A stretch of DNA of 55,003 bases, the filler included, from Sluysia triapertura (Eukaryota): the NCBI GenBank assembly GCA_046118255.1. It is 4 parts of 4 records of this genome, joined end to end, with 100 filler letters (N's around TTAATTAATTAA, not from the genome) between each part and the next. Parts side by side here need not be neighbours in the genome. Positions count along the whole stretch, not along the records: positions 25,097 to 38,851 come from JBJNIA010022290.1; 3 more parts are not named here. The stretch is one strand, 5' to 3'. The notes beneath the pieces were generated by a model, which was given only the letters and a program-made list of their open reading frames with translations, was not told the origin of the DNA and made no database searches. A program made the translations under genes and the position numbers. Below are positions 25,956 through 38,851 of this stretch, piece after piece. Positions within the stretch are counted from its first letter, which is position 1. Each line of letters starts with the position of its first letter.

Positions 25956-26839
25956 CGCATATTTTCTGAAAGTCAATAGTTTATCATGCACTTAAGATAA
26001 CAACTTTTCTTAATAAAGAATCTTGGAGTTCAGATTTAGTATTGATTTTATGTCATAGTTTGAACACGATTCTTTAAGATTAAAAACTATTTTACTAGAT
26101 TTTAAATAAATAATTTTTACTGCTGACAACTTAAAAATCGGTTTTGTTATTAACTCTGAATTAAAAATGAATTTGTCGAATGTGTATAATTATCACAAAA
26201 ATCAATAGTAAAGTAATTGAACAATTATAAAAATATACAATTATAAATTTACAATACAATAAAATTTAGATATACAGTTTAATAAAATTAGTACAATGAA
26301 ATTTTATATGATTAATTTTTATTCTTTTTCAAAACGATTTTATTTTCTCAGATTATATTTAAAAATCTTTGGTAAAATAGGTGACACTGAAAAAATTTTA
26401 ACTAACGAAGATAATTTTTCCTTCTGACAGCAATTGTAAAATAACAATTCTTCGTAAAAATTTATATTTTGTAAACTGAACAAATCCAAAAGTAATTTTT
26501 CCTTTAAAAGCGTTTGTGAAATAACAATTCTCGTCAAAATATTTAAAAGTAGTTATTGTTACTGTATATATTTGTGTTTTGAGTGACTTCTCTATTGTTC
26601 TCTATTTATATAATATTTACATGGCCTTGATAAAACAATTGTTTTTTAAATTTTGAAATATTATTAAACTATTATAATATTTAAATTTATAGTAATATAT
26701 AGTAATAATAATAAGGATAATAATAATACTGTACAAGTTTTCTATTTTCTATATGAATAACATAATTATTATTATTATTAGTACCTAAATCAAAAGGTTA
26801 ATTAAAAATAAAAATTAAAACTAAAATCTGTTGTTCACA

Positions 26840-26920
26840 CTGGTTGCTGCCACCACCAACGATGACAGCCTATGTTCAATTCTCATTAGGCTGTCACCCT
26901 TGATGATGGTCAGCGATCAG
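26840..26920. other. Long GC-rich imperfect hairpin (81 nt)
   Basis: Perfect 10-bp inner stem TGACAGCCTA (26863-26872) / TAGGCTGTCA (26887-26896). Outer arms ctggttgctgccaccacca and tgatgatggtcagcgatcag pair with G-U wobbles, two mismatches and one bulge. Confidence 0.75.
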
Positions 26921-26961
26921 TCATAAGTTTTCATCATTCTTTACATGAATCAGTTTTATAA

Positions 26962-27097
26962 TATCCAATCAGAGCACAACATTAGAAAACAATTTACACT
27001 GATTTTTCAACACTCTGATTGGATACATGCAATTTCATCACGTCAAGAGTATTGCTATTTTTATCCTTCTCGTACTGTAACAATACGCCCAATCAGA
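26962..27097 (+). promoter_or_regulatory. Putative promoter of the SF3A3-derived ORF: three CCAATCAG (NF-Y-type) boxes and a CRE-like motif
   Basis: TATCCAATCAGAG (26962-26974), its exact inverse CTCTGATTGGATA (27013-27025), CCAATCAG at 27089 and TCACGTCA at about 27038, all 250-380 bp upstream of the ATG. Confidence 0.45.
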
Positions 27098-27342
27098 CTT
27101 AACTAATACTCAACAATTACAAACTCTGGCCAGCAACCAGCAAAAGCTAAAATAGAAAAATCATTTTAACACTACACAAAAATAATCGATTTTTTGGCAA
27201 TAGTCACAATTATTATCTTACTAAAAGTATAAAAAATTTAGTACTTCATTAGCATTCTGCTAAAGAGAAAAAAATTTTAGTTAATTTAAAAAGTAATTGA
27301 AAAAGCAAAAAAATTAACAAAAGTCAAAATTCAATTTATAAG

Positions 27343-29067
27343 ATGAGTATTCAAGAATGTAGAAAGTATCATAAACGTAATCCCGATGAGAGTATGTTGT
27401 TGTCGTTGGAGTATGATGAGTTTAAAAAAATACGCGAAAATGATGCTTATGAAGACAAGTTGTCTATACGTAAAAAAGATATAACTTATATGTCATCACC
27501 AAATGCATATACAGGATTTTATTCTCAATTGGCACAAATTAAAGAGCATCATAAATGTAATCCCGATGAAAGTATGTCATTATTATCTCTAGAATATGAT
27601 AGATTCGAAAAAATACGCGAATACGTTGAAGAAGCTGGTGCACCAGTTGTTGAATTTACTGATAAAGAAGGTTATCTTCGATTTTTAGATTTGCACGAAT
27701 GCTATCAAGTATATATTAATGTAAAAGTGCCGCATATCGATTATGTTACATACTTAACTAAATTTGATAAGTTATATGAATTTCCTAAGGATAAAAAGAA
27801 TGTTGCATGCTATAGTTATTTATTAAAGTTAACAGAATATTTAGATGATTTTACGACTCGTGCCAAACCGATGATGAAATTTGAAAATGTTGATCAAAGA
27901 AAACAAGCTGAAGAAAAGTTTAATAAAGAATGGGAAGATGGAAATTTTCGAGGATGGGTTCATGAACCAGAATGTGTTTACCAAATTTTAGATGATGTTA
28001 TTAATGAAGATTCTAGTTTATATCTATCAGAAAGTGTCTACCAGATTTTAGATGATGTTATTAATCAAGATTCAAATGATGTTATTAATGAAGATTTAAG
28101 TTTATATCTATCAGCAAGTGTTTACCAGATTTTGAGTGATGTTGCTCATGATGTTATTAATGATGAATCAATTAATGAAGAAGTGGAAGAAGACAATCAA
28201 GACCTCGAAGATAATTATCTTGGACAAGAGCAGTTTCTAGTCTGCAAATGTACTCGGACATCATGTCGCAGATCCGTCTCCAGTTCGATGAAGATACTGT
28301 GGAGTGATGCATTTGGAGTGGTTACGTACAGCAGATTTGAAGACTTTAAAAGTAATGAATTAATATTAAAGTTTATTTACGTTTATATTAACAATGATTA
28401 TTTTCATATTATCTATTTTAGAATATTTAGTCTATTCAAGAACGAAAATAGATCCAGGAACGAAGATATGCCGAAGCGTGTGAAATTACCAAATATATAT
28501 TTATTTTTAAATAGAATTAGGACTTTAATAAATAATTTCATTAAACATCTTGAATTTTGTTCTTTTTATAGTTTAAACAAATATGTTAAATTCAATAACA
28601 ATGAAAGACTGAACTCTGTTAAATCCGGTAACATTATAATCAGTAAAGACAATAATATAAACGAAAATGAAACTCGGAAAGATGTTAACTTACATAAAAG
28701 GCAAAAGCTTTATAAAACCACTCAAGAAATTAAACGTAGTGTTGATATAGAAAGGCCTAAATATGAAAATTACAAAGTTGTAGTTAAATTTTCACAACAC
28801 GAAATGTGTTTCAATAACGATTACATTATTATTCCAGATAATCTTACATCCTATAAGGTTCCAAACAACTTAATTCTCCTTCGGTCCAACATTAAAATAT
28901 CCAAATCATTAAATTTTATTTATAATATTAATAAGTCTAAAAATTGTCAATATATTCGTCTGTTCTGTAGAGTTAAGCCCTCAAAGACTTTTAATCGTAT
29001 TAATTTACAACCAAATTCATCCATACCCTCCATAATAAATGATTGTGATAAAATCCGTGTTCAATGA
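27343..29067 (+). CDS. Intronless chimeric ORF (574 aa): duplicated partial splicing factor 3A subunit 3 (SF3a60/Prp9) N-terminal region, acidic repeats and an unassigned C-terminus
   Basis: aa 36-208 align by eye to SF3A3 (YEDK..RK..MSSPN..FY..L.QIKEHH..PDE; VEFTDKEGYLRFLDLHECY..YIN; DYVTYL..FDKLYEFPKDKKN; EW..GNFRGW). aa 1-34 repeat the same PDE/LEYD helix. Three VYQIL..V..D repeats follow. The SF3A3 SAP domain and C-terminal zinc fingers are absent, so this is not the canonical gene. Confidence 0.8.
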   Translation: MSIQECRKYHKRNPDESMLLSLEYDEFKKIRENDAYEDKLSIRKKDITYMSSPNAYTGFYSQLAQIKEHHKCNPDESMSLLSLEYDRFEKIREYVEEAGAPVVEFTDKEGYLRFLDLHECYQVYINVKVPHIDYVTYLTKFDKLYEFPKDKKNVACYSYLLKLTEYLDDFTTRAKPMMKFENVDQRKQAEEKFNKEWEDGNFRGWVHEPECVYQILDDVINEDSSLYLSESVYQILDDVINQDSNDVINEDLSLYLSASVYQILSDVAHDVINDESINEEVEEDNQDLEDNYLGQEQFLVCKCTRTSCRRSVSSSMKILWSDAFGVVTYSRFEDFKSNELILKFIYVYINNDYFHIIYFRIFSLFKNENRSRNEDMPKRVKLPNIYLFLNRIRTLINNFIKHLEFCSFYSLNKYVKFNNNERLNSVKSGNIIISKDNNINENETRKDVNLHKRQKLYKTTQEIKRSVDIERPKYENYKVVVKFSQHEMCFNNDYIIIPDNLTSYKVPNNLILLRSNIKISKSLNFIYNINKSKNCQYIRLFCRVKPSKTFNRINLQPNSSIPSIINDCDKIRVQ

Positions 29068-32000
29068 ATAATTAATCAGTAACCAAATTTTATTATTCTT
29101 TTTAAGGTGAGGTGATAAGTAAATTTACTACTTTTTTAAATTGGATTTTAGAAAGTTATGATTTTATGAAATTAACGCATTATTTTATGCAGAGTTAATA
29201 AATTATAACTAACAAAATTTTCCAAATTACTGAATTAATATAATCAAGTATATCAATAAAAAACAAATTCGAAGGTTAAATATTTAAAGATAAAGATAAA
29301 GATTTATATTTATTTTAAATATAAAAAGTAAAAATATAGTTTAAGTAATATTTTAGTTTTTTAAGTGAACAAAACTTAGTCATGAATATGATTTTGTAAA
29401 TCGTTTTCAGCTGTTGGACAGATGTTACTCGATATTTCTTAAATTAATCGTCATGCACAAACTACAAACAACTTGTGTGTCATTATACATTATATTTACA
29501 ACAATTATGTGATTTATCGATTTATGTACGTTTATAAATAATTTTAATTGTGTGTGTTATTATATTTACATTAATTAGTATAATGTAAGTTATAAATTGT
29601 AAATTATTTTAATTGATTTTATTTATAAAGTAATTTTAATTCTGATTTTTAATTTTTATTTGAACTAACTTTAATATTTTAATCAAATTTAAATATTTTA
29701 AAGTCATTCTTGTTTTAAAAAATTAAAATAAATATTTTGTTTTAATCTGGCCAAGGCCAGTTGGATTAGCTATAAATACAACTATAAATTTTACAACTTT
29801 TTCACAAATTTTGTTTATCACGAGGTTAACTAATTCTTATAAATATTTCGTTGGAGCATACAAGAGCTAAATTTTTTAAAGATTAAGAAAAATTTTTACA
29901 AATGCATTTGAAAAGAAAATTGAATATAAAAATTTCACCGAAATTTTTTCTTTTCAATAAACAAAAAATACATTAGTTTATTATGTTAAGTTTTGGATAT
30001 AAAATATATCCTCGTAAAATATACTTGAAATAAATTTCTGTAATCACTTCTGAAAACTTATAATGGTTTTCTCGAAAAATCATTAATAAATTATTATTAT
30101 TTGAGAATTAAAATTAATTCTCCGTAATACACTTATTAATTTTTTAAATATTCTCAATTGTAACCTATTAATTTACTATATTAACCTTGACGATAGTAAT
30201 GAAATAATAGTAACGTGAGCACATCATCATCATGATTTGATCTCTGAAACTAATCTTAANNNNNNNNNNNNNNNNNNNNNNNNNNNNNNNNNNNNNNNNN
30301 NNNNNNNNNNNNNNNNNNNNNNNNNNNNNNNNNNNNNNNNNNNNNNNNNNNNNNNNNNNNNNNNNNNNNNNNNNNNNNNNNNNNNNNNNNNNNNNNNNAT
30401 TAAAAATTTATAAATTGATTGACAATTTATCGAGTGTTTTGAATATTAGTATTTTAGAAAAACTAAAGCAATAATTAATTAAATTAACAACTGCTATTTG
30501 GAAAAAGAGAAAAACAGTGTATAAACCACATGAAAATTAAAGTTCAAGTTGAAATTAAACTCAACTAAACTTATAACCTTTTCACCTCCAAGTTAAAACT
30601 ATGTTAGAATTATAAAATTAATTAATAAATTTGATTATCAAAAGCTCTTGATAGATAGACTTTTTAACTGAACGTATACCTTATTATTAGAGTAATATAT
30701 AAACTTGATATTACTTTAAAATCCCATAAATAAACCCTTAAGTATGGAAGCGTTAGATCACATCTTTAAACATTTTATGATAGTAGGCTTTTAATAGGAA
30801 CCTATCAATAATAATTAAAAATAATTATTATATTTTAAGGTTTGTCGTCATTACATTAATTTTATTGGATGTAACATCCATTAAAAAGAAGTTATCACTT
30901 TTTAAGTGCGAGAGATATGGTTTGTAAGTGTTTTTCTATGAAAACTAACTCGCTTAAACTTCTTAATTTACCTTATCATAAAAATTTACTAATAGTCTAC
31001 TAAAGCTTTTATGTTGCCTTACAAAATGATATCTGAAGGTAGGTCCGTGTATAGATATAGATTTACATTTCCTAAGAGGCGATGAATCTACAGAATTTTA
31101 TAAAATAAGTTGCTGGTAAAAATCGCTGCTAGTTTCGATATACATTATATTTCTTGCTTAAGAAATTAATTTGTAATTACGTCTTTTTTATGAAACAACA
31201 CATGAAAGAAACTAATGGATTATTACATAACGTAACACAATAAAACAGTTATAAACAATCGCAATGTGAAATACACCGAAATAAAATATAAGTAATAATT
31301 TATATAAATATTAAGATTTCTTTTAATATTGAATAGATGAATTTTAGTGAGATTTTGATGCTATCTTTAAAAGATTATATGTACGAAATTAATCTTTTAT
31401 TTAAAAAATGGAAAAACTTAATTGTAAAAATAATTAGAGTTGGATTCCACAGAGATCGAGTTTACCTCTTGTTAGAATTTTTTAGACAAATTATATTTAG
31501 AATTTCCGAAAACCCCAAACTGATTTAACGTTAAAAAATGTTATCAATCAGAGAGTTATATTTGAATTAACGAGAATGAATCGCGAAGCTTACTATGATT
31601 TACTCTTTTTGTTGATGTGCTTGTCTTGTAAAAATTCGACTGTATATATAATATTCGTAATTACGAAAATTAGCGAAATATTTATCATCAATTACCAAAA
31701 TAATTACTTTCAATTATTTTAACCGCAGCAAGGCAATTACCTTAATTTTCATTGATAAAATAGAACATTAAATAGTTATGTTTAACTATTTCAATAACTA
31801 CAATTCAATAGTTAAAATACAATTTTCTAAATAATTATAATTTTTAATATTTACAATTTTATTTTCATTGATTAAATAATTACTTACGGTTTCATTTAAA
31901 TTGCTTTTGTTATTACTCTCTGAAAGAAATATTCATTCTCTACTGAGTGCATAAAGATTTATATTTGCTTATAAATAATAATTGGTCAGATTTCAATGAA

Positions 32001-32451
32001 ACGTTGTATTATGGCATACTTGCGATTGATATACGTGCGGATTTGCAACGAATCACAAATTGGCATGTAGATCTATATTGTTTTCCAATAAATTATTCCA
32101 TTTTAGCTTCGTTAACTAAGAGATAAAATACTACTAAAAAATCTTAAATTTACAAATTATAATTTAAATATATTTCGATTGTAGTTTTCTTATATATTTT
32201 TGTCAGGACACAATTCTAAATTTTAAAATATAAATATAAACAATAATAATAATAATAATTAATCAGACTTACTTTACTTAACCTTAAATTTCTAAAAATA
32301 ACCAGTTTGCTGGATACATTCTTCTTCATTAATTGGTAATCTAAAAATATAAATAAATATTAAAAATATTAGTGATCATACCTTACAGATGATATAAATA
32401 GACCATTGAGGTCACAAGATAATCACAATTCATTGAAAAGTAAAAAGAGCT

Positions 32452-32592
32452 TACTTGGCAGATTTTGGCAGATTAATTGTAATTTGGTAACGAAATTCCG
32501 TCGGCGATAATTAGAATTTCTATGTGGCAGATTAGTTAACTTGGCAGATTAATTGTAATTTGGCAACGCGATTTTATCGGTGATAATTGGAG
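32452..32592 (+). repeat. Imperfect local tandem duplication (TTGGCAGATTAATTGTAATTTGG..CG..GATAATT)
   Basis: Two copies of about 50 bp starting at about 32464 and 32541, plus partial TGGCAGATT repeats. Confidence 0.8.
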
Positions 32593-34279
32593 CTATTGAG
32601 TAACCGATTTCCTGAGCGAATACAAAAATCTCATTTAAATTTATCATATGTTTTCCGCGGAAAAATCAGTAGGCTTTTTATGTTAAGGTTAATCTCTGTT
32701 AGGAGATAAAATATTACCACTTAAAATCTTAAAGTACACATTTAGTTTTCCACTAAACATAAAGTCATCTTTTAAAATATTGCATTATTGTTCTAATTAT
32801 TATTTCTAATTATAATAATAATTTATTTTACTATATTATTTTGTATAATTGGTATTTTTGGTTATATTTTTCTTTTAATATATTTATTAGTTTTCTAATG
32901 TCTTTTTGCTTGAATTAATTAATTTAAAGATATTAGTAAGTTGTATAATTGAAGAATAAAAAGACGTAGTTAAGAAGTAAATTTTTGTAAAGAGTATACA
33001 TTTGCCGCAATAATAAAGTTGAAGTTATAATATTTAAGTTGAGATGGTAAGAAGTTCTTAAGGGATCAGATTTGATAATAAATAAATAGAGTAAGTAATT
33101 AGACAAAGAAATATAAATTCATGTAGTTTTGAAGATAATCTTTTAGAAATTAAAGAAAAAAGTTTTCCTAGCATAGCATAAGATTTCTAAGTTATTTGTT
33201 CAAAAAGCATTTGAAAGTTCTCATGATTTTGTTATTTCCACGAGAAAGAAGAATATATCTTTTTCATATATTTTAAATATAAGGAAAGTTTTTTTTAGTT
33301 TGGTTTATAAGTCTACGAGTGCTGTAACTTACGAGTGCGTCTCCATAGGATTAAAGCATACATTGAAAGCGGACCTTTAGAATTAAATAATTAATTTGCA
33401 AACTACAAGAAAATACTAGCATTTTTATAAAGTTTACAATATCTTGGCAACATTACATTTTAGTATAAGTTGTCACAAGTTAATACAGTATTATTATTTT
33501 ATGAATAAGGTATAATAATTTTTCAAACATAATTTTGTTTAGTACTATTAATTTTGTAGTAGTAGATCTAAATTAAAGACTGTTAATACTACTACTGTTT
33601 TGTAATTACAGTAAAGATCAGGGTTAATATAAAATTTCTAAAGTAGATTGAGCTCAAATAAGATCAAACTCAATGGAACTATATATTAAATGTTTGAATA
33701 TTTAAAATACTGCTTCAACACTGAGATAATGATCCCCAAGTAAGAACGAACTTTATTTAATTCCACAAAATCACATAATAGATAGAATTTGCCTCCGTTT
33801 GACGATAACAATCTATCATTAACACTTAAAATTTTAATTCTACATGCACACATGAAAAATCACATTTCTTAACATTTAATATTTTACTTTTCCAGACTCA
33901 TCAAAATTTTAGAGCTTTATAACATTTTAAATACACAATTTCATAACATTAAAATTATACTTACATTGAAAACCAGTAAATGTACATTTCAAAGTTAATT
34001 TAAAATATCATAGGTTCACAATTCTTCAATATTTAAACCACTAATATCATTCAAAAACATTAAAATTATAATTCAAAGTTATTTCAAAACATTATTGTAA
34101 TCAAAATGGAATTTCTTTTAACATCTTTAACTACGTTGTTATATTACTTTTTTACTTCTGCATATATTCTTTCCAAAAGACAATATGAATTAAAGATATG
34201 TAAAAGAATTTTAAAAGAATTGTAGTCATGAAATAGTTTAAAAGAAAAGAAATATTGTTTAAAGAAAGAATTGTTCATG

Positions 34280-34331
34280 TTATTATTATTATTTATTTTG
34301 TTATCTTTATTATTATTATTATTAATATTAA

Positions 34332-34378
<47 letters not shown>
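34280..34378. repeat. (ATT)n microsatellite; similar tracts near 4875, 10410, 12975, 16640, 20800, 53003, 53735 and 54870
   Basis: Direct trinucleotide repeats; these generate the spurious poly-N/I/Y ORFs in the ORF track. Confidence 0.95.
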
Positions 34379-34379
<1 letters not shown>

Positions 34380-37300
34380 GCATTTTAACTTATTTCATGA
34401 TTATTTTAAATTTTTATTACTATTATTATTTGTGCTAATTGTCATTCTGTATCATTGGCATTTTATTTGCTGTTGCTGCCATTTTTGCCCTGTCAGTGAG
34501 GACAGTTTTTCGATTAGCATGGATTATTTACTGTCATCACTGACAGTCACAATTGATTATAATTTTTGTGAATTTAATAATGGATTTTATTGGCCATCCA
34601 GTCGTACTTTCAGTGATACATAAACTATTGATACAGAATATGTGTGTACACTGTGATTGTTGGAATTGATAATTTTGATTGGCTGTATCTATATTGATTT
34701 GGTTGTGAATTAAAAATTGTTATGATGTAAAAATTTTGAAAAATGAACATTTATTAAAAAGTTATACGAAGAACTTCATGTTGTCAGTTAAAGTTAAAAA
34801 TTAAAAAAGCAGACAGTTAATGAAAAATTTAAATTGTGATAACAATGCTCAAATTATTAAAAATGAATCGTAAAGATGAAAAGTCAATTCATTGTAATTA
34901 TAAAGGATTAGTATGTCATTTAAAAATAAATCCATCACAAAATTCATCTGAGATTAAACAATTAATAATAAAAAAGCAAAAGCGTGTTTCGATGATCAAT
35001 TTGAAATTTATGTCATATCTCCGTGTCGACATAAAACCCAAATAACATTTGGATTACTATTTTTAGTAGAAAATAGACCTAGTTCTGCATATTTGATTGA
35101 GCTTACATTGAAAAGTGATGATAATAGTGGCAATAAAAATTTTAATTGATATTTTAACCAATTTGACATTAAATACATGTCTTAACGTTCATTTGTATTT
35201 TATTCTTCATAAAGTTTTTAATGATAATAATTTAATCATAATTTTCATGAATATTAAAGATTTCTTTAGTGATAATGTTTTTAATGTTATTAAGAATTTT
35301 TACAATTTTAAATTTATCGTTAATGTGGAAATTCAATTTAACATAAATCCTAAATTTCAATATAAATTCATATAACATCTCCTATGGATGTTTTTGTCAA
35401 CCACCTAGAGGAATGCCTTCCAGTATGATGATATGTCATTTATTATAAGGAAACTCAACAAGTAAACTTTTATTTCGCAAAATAAAAATACTTGCAATTT
35501 AATTATTATTTTATTTAATGTTATTTTTAATATACTTTATTCTTGGACATTTTGGATTTTTAAAAAATTTCTTGTTTACACCTTTAAATCTAATTTGAAT
35601 TGTGACTTCGAAGCTTTCTGGTTATTTCATTTAACACAGTCGCTATTAACATTAATTGAGTTACAAAACAACAATGGAATCGAAATAACTTGAAGTGGTC
35701 ATTGTACTCAAAGTTTAATTTATGTTAAAGAAGAAGATTGTGATAGAAACATTTTTTCATTGATATTTTTGAGGGTTTCAAACGGTAATTTTAAATTTAC
35801 AAGATAAAACAATTGGTAATAACGCTTCTAATTGTTTTCATGGCTGTAAAACTGATCATTCGCATAAAAAGTGGTCCGTTGATGAATTACTAATTGTTAC
35901 TTATGCGCAACATTTATAAGTTACCAAGGAAGAAGATTTTCTTAATTATTTGAGAACATGTATTAGATATGCAGACAGAGAATATGATGTTTTCTTGGTC
36001 AGCTGAAGTTGTTTGGTCATGTTCACAACAGTATTAAAAGTCTTAGTCGGTTCTATTTTTAGATTGGACAAGTATTTGATTTCAACAAGAAAGGTAATAA
36101 ATATATGTAATTTAGAATTTTGAATTAACTATAATTGTTAAGCTGATTCACGTAAAGGCGATAAATTGTGTAAGTTTTATCAATCTTTGTTGCGCATTTG
36201 TTAATAAGAAATTCACCTTTATTCAAATAATAAATAGTAGGATTAATGTAAACATATATGGCGCTTATGATACTTATAATTCTCCCTTTGGTTAAAATTA
36301 ATTAAACTATTATTACTACTTAGCATTCAATTATTTATATCTGCATATATACTTCGAAATTATGTAGTAAAATTAAAGACGCGCAAAACAACACATAATG
36401 TTATTGGACATGAGATCATATAATCACTGTAAGAAAAGCATTACAAAAGTATTACTTCCAAGTATTCTTTCGAAATCTATTATAATTATAAATGTGCAAC
36501 ATCTTCAATGAAACACTTGATAAATATTTGTAATGATCTGTCCGAAAATCAGTTGTTACGATCACTATAATAATGATAGTTAATAAAAAGACATTAGTCT
36601 ACATTAGACATTATAGGATAAGTTTTATGATGTATTACTTATGTGTTCCATATCAGTGAAACTGTACAACCTACTGAAGAATCATATCACATTTTGAAGA
36701 ATCATATGACATGAGCGTCGATTGTTTTGATTTATTATCATCTAACTCGAGTATCCTTTTACAATACGTACAATTAAGATTTGGATTTTGCGCATTAGTG
36801 AAACTTATGTTATATTAAAGCCATGGTCACACTTTGGATTATATGATTTTCTGTACCAGTAATTACAGAATCATTAAGTAAGGCAGACGACTTTAGGATT
36901 AAGAGTAAGTCAAACACACTATGATGAGTATGAATAATAATAATGGGTCAATCAGTTTATCAGGAATTAAATTTAATTGCACTTTTAATGATACGATTAT
37001 ACAAAATCCTACCTTTTATTTTTTTGTATTATTCAATCCAAGCTATAAACTTACGGTTGAATTTTACTTTATACCACAAAACCGTAGACGCATTCTAGAG
37101 GCTTAGGAGTAGTATATTTCTTGTTTCAATAATCGGTCGGTGGCAGTGACATCACTATTCACATTAGCATTTTCCCATTGCTTTTTAAAATCTACGGATA
37201 TTAAGCATTACGGCTGGAGAATTTCACCAAATCTCAAGTTATCAAAATCGAAGTTGATGAATATCCCACCACTTTTGCTAAACTATTTCCTATTCCTCTT

Positions 37301-38851
37301 AGGGTCACTAAATCTTTTTTAAACCCTCTCTCTGCCACTGACGTTCAACATCTTGACGAGTGGTAAGAATGTTTAACTTACACACATTCTACATCTTCTT
37401 GTTTTTGATGTGCATAAGCTTCTTTTTGTAGCTTTTCATCATGTATATCATGATGTGAATCATGACCACCAAATTATCTAACTAGGATTTATGCACTAGC
37501 ATAAAAAATTTCACTCGATAGATATCATTCGACCATTGGTTAGAGTCCAAAACTTTTATAAGGAGATTCATGAACTCAATGATGAAAATCTGTCGTTAGC
37601 AAAAGACATTGATGATATAAGGAGCTACTGTCTAGCTCCTTACATGACAAGTTCTTGATATCCTTATATCCAGACCTCGTTATTTAAACTCTAGGTATCC
37701 CTTACGGTTGGTTGAGAGGAATAGTAAATCTCACCAACACGTATTTAGTTTTATTCTTCACAGCCGACCCATTTCTAAGGGCGACGCAGGTGATGAAACT
37801 TATATAACTATTCTTGCCTAAAATTACATGTTTTGACCTCATCTCTAATTCCATCACATTATTTGATCACTTGAGGGCCAAAGATCCGACCTTTTTACCG
37901 CAAAATCTACCTCCACCTCTTCAAATATCTTCTTTCCCTTTTCCTATCTGTTCTTCTCCTTCTTATACTAATCCTCCTTCCTCTCTTCTACCACACCTTC
38001 TCGATCGATTCGATTCAACCAGTCCCGAGCAACTTCTCCATGGTCATTCCACGTCTGCTAAGTTCATTGGTGACCAGTCCATACCACACCTACAAAATTT
38101 CATTCGCCAGGCGTCGACCTCGACGATTCAGATAATGATTGATACTTTCTACTGAAGACGAAGACATGGACATATTCAATTAACTTTTATAATAAGTGTG
38201 ATTATAATAATAATTTTCATGTGAACGACATTATATATGTCAACAAATGTATTTAATTTAAAAATAGAAACAAATATTGTATATTTAATTTAGAAAAATA
38301 GTTGTAAATCAATTTAGATTTATGTAAATTTAATAAAATTTATAAAATAAATAAATTTAAAATCTGTAACATAATTTTTATGGTATTATTATTATTAATG
38401 TTATTATTTTTATTATTTAAATATAGGTCAAGGTTATAAAAATTTTGTATTGTTGAACATTGAACTGTTAGATGTTGACTGAACATTGATTTATAAATTG
38501 TTGACTTTATCGAATTATGAATATAAATTGTTGACTTTATCGAATTATGAAATAGTTTTATTTATGAATTTTCGCGGATTAATTATTATCGAATTATGAA
38601 ATAATTTCATTTAATTTATGAATTTTTATGGATTATTTATAAAAGTATGATATTTTGAATTTTTATAGTTTATTTTTAATTTAATCATTTTTAATTTTAA
38701 TTATTTTTAATTTAATCACTTTTAATTTAATTAAAAAATTTTATTTATTTAAAAAATTTATTTATTATTTAAAAAATTTTAATTTAAAATTTTGATTTAA
38801 ATAATTTTTGTTTTAATCTGACCTCTCAAGGTCAGGTTAAAACATTATATA

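Noticed and set aside
31500-31625. PIF/Harbinger transposase N-terminal motif (FELTRMNREAYYDL)
   Set aside because: A single weak motif with no DDE domain or TIRs.
34836-35375. Additional Polinton-associated ORF fragments
   Set aside because: Only a vague compositional resemblance, with no diagnostic motif.
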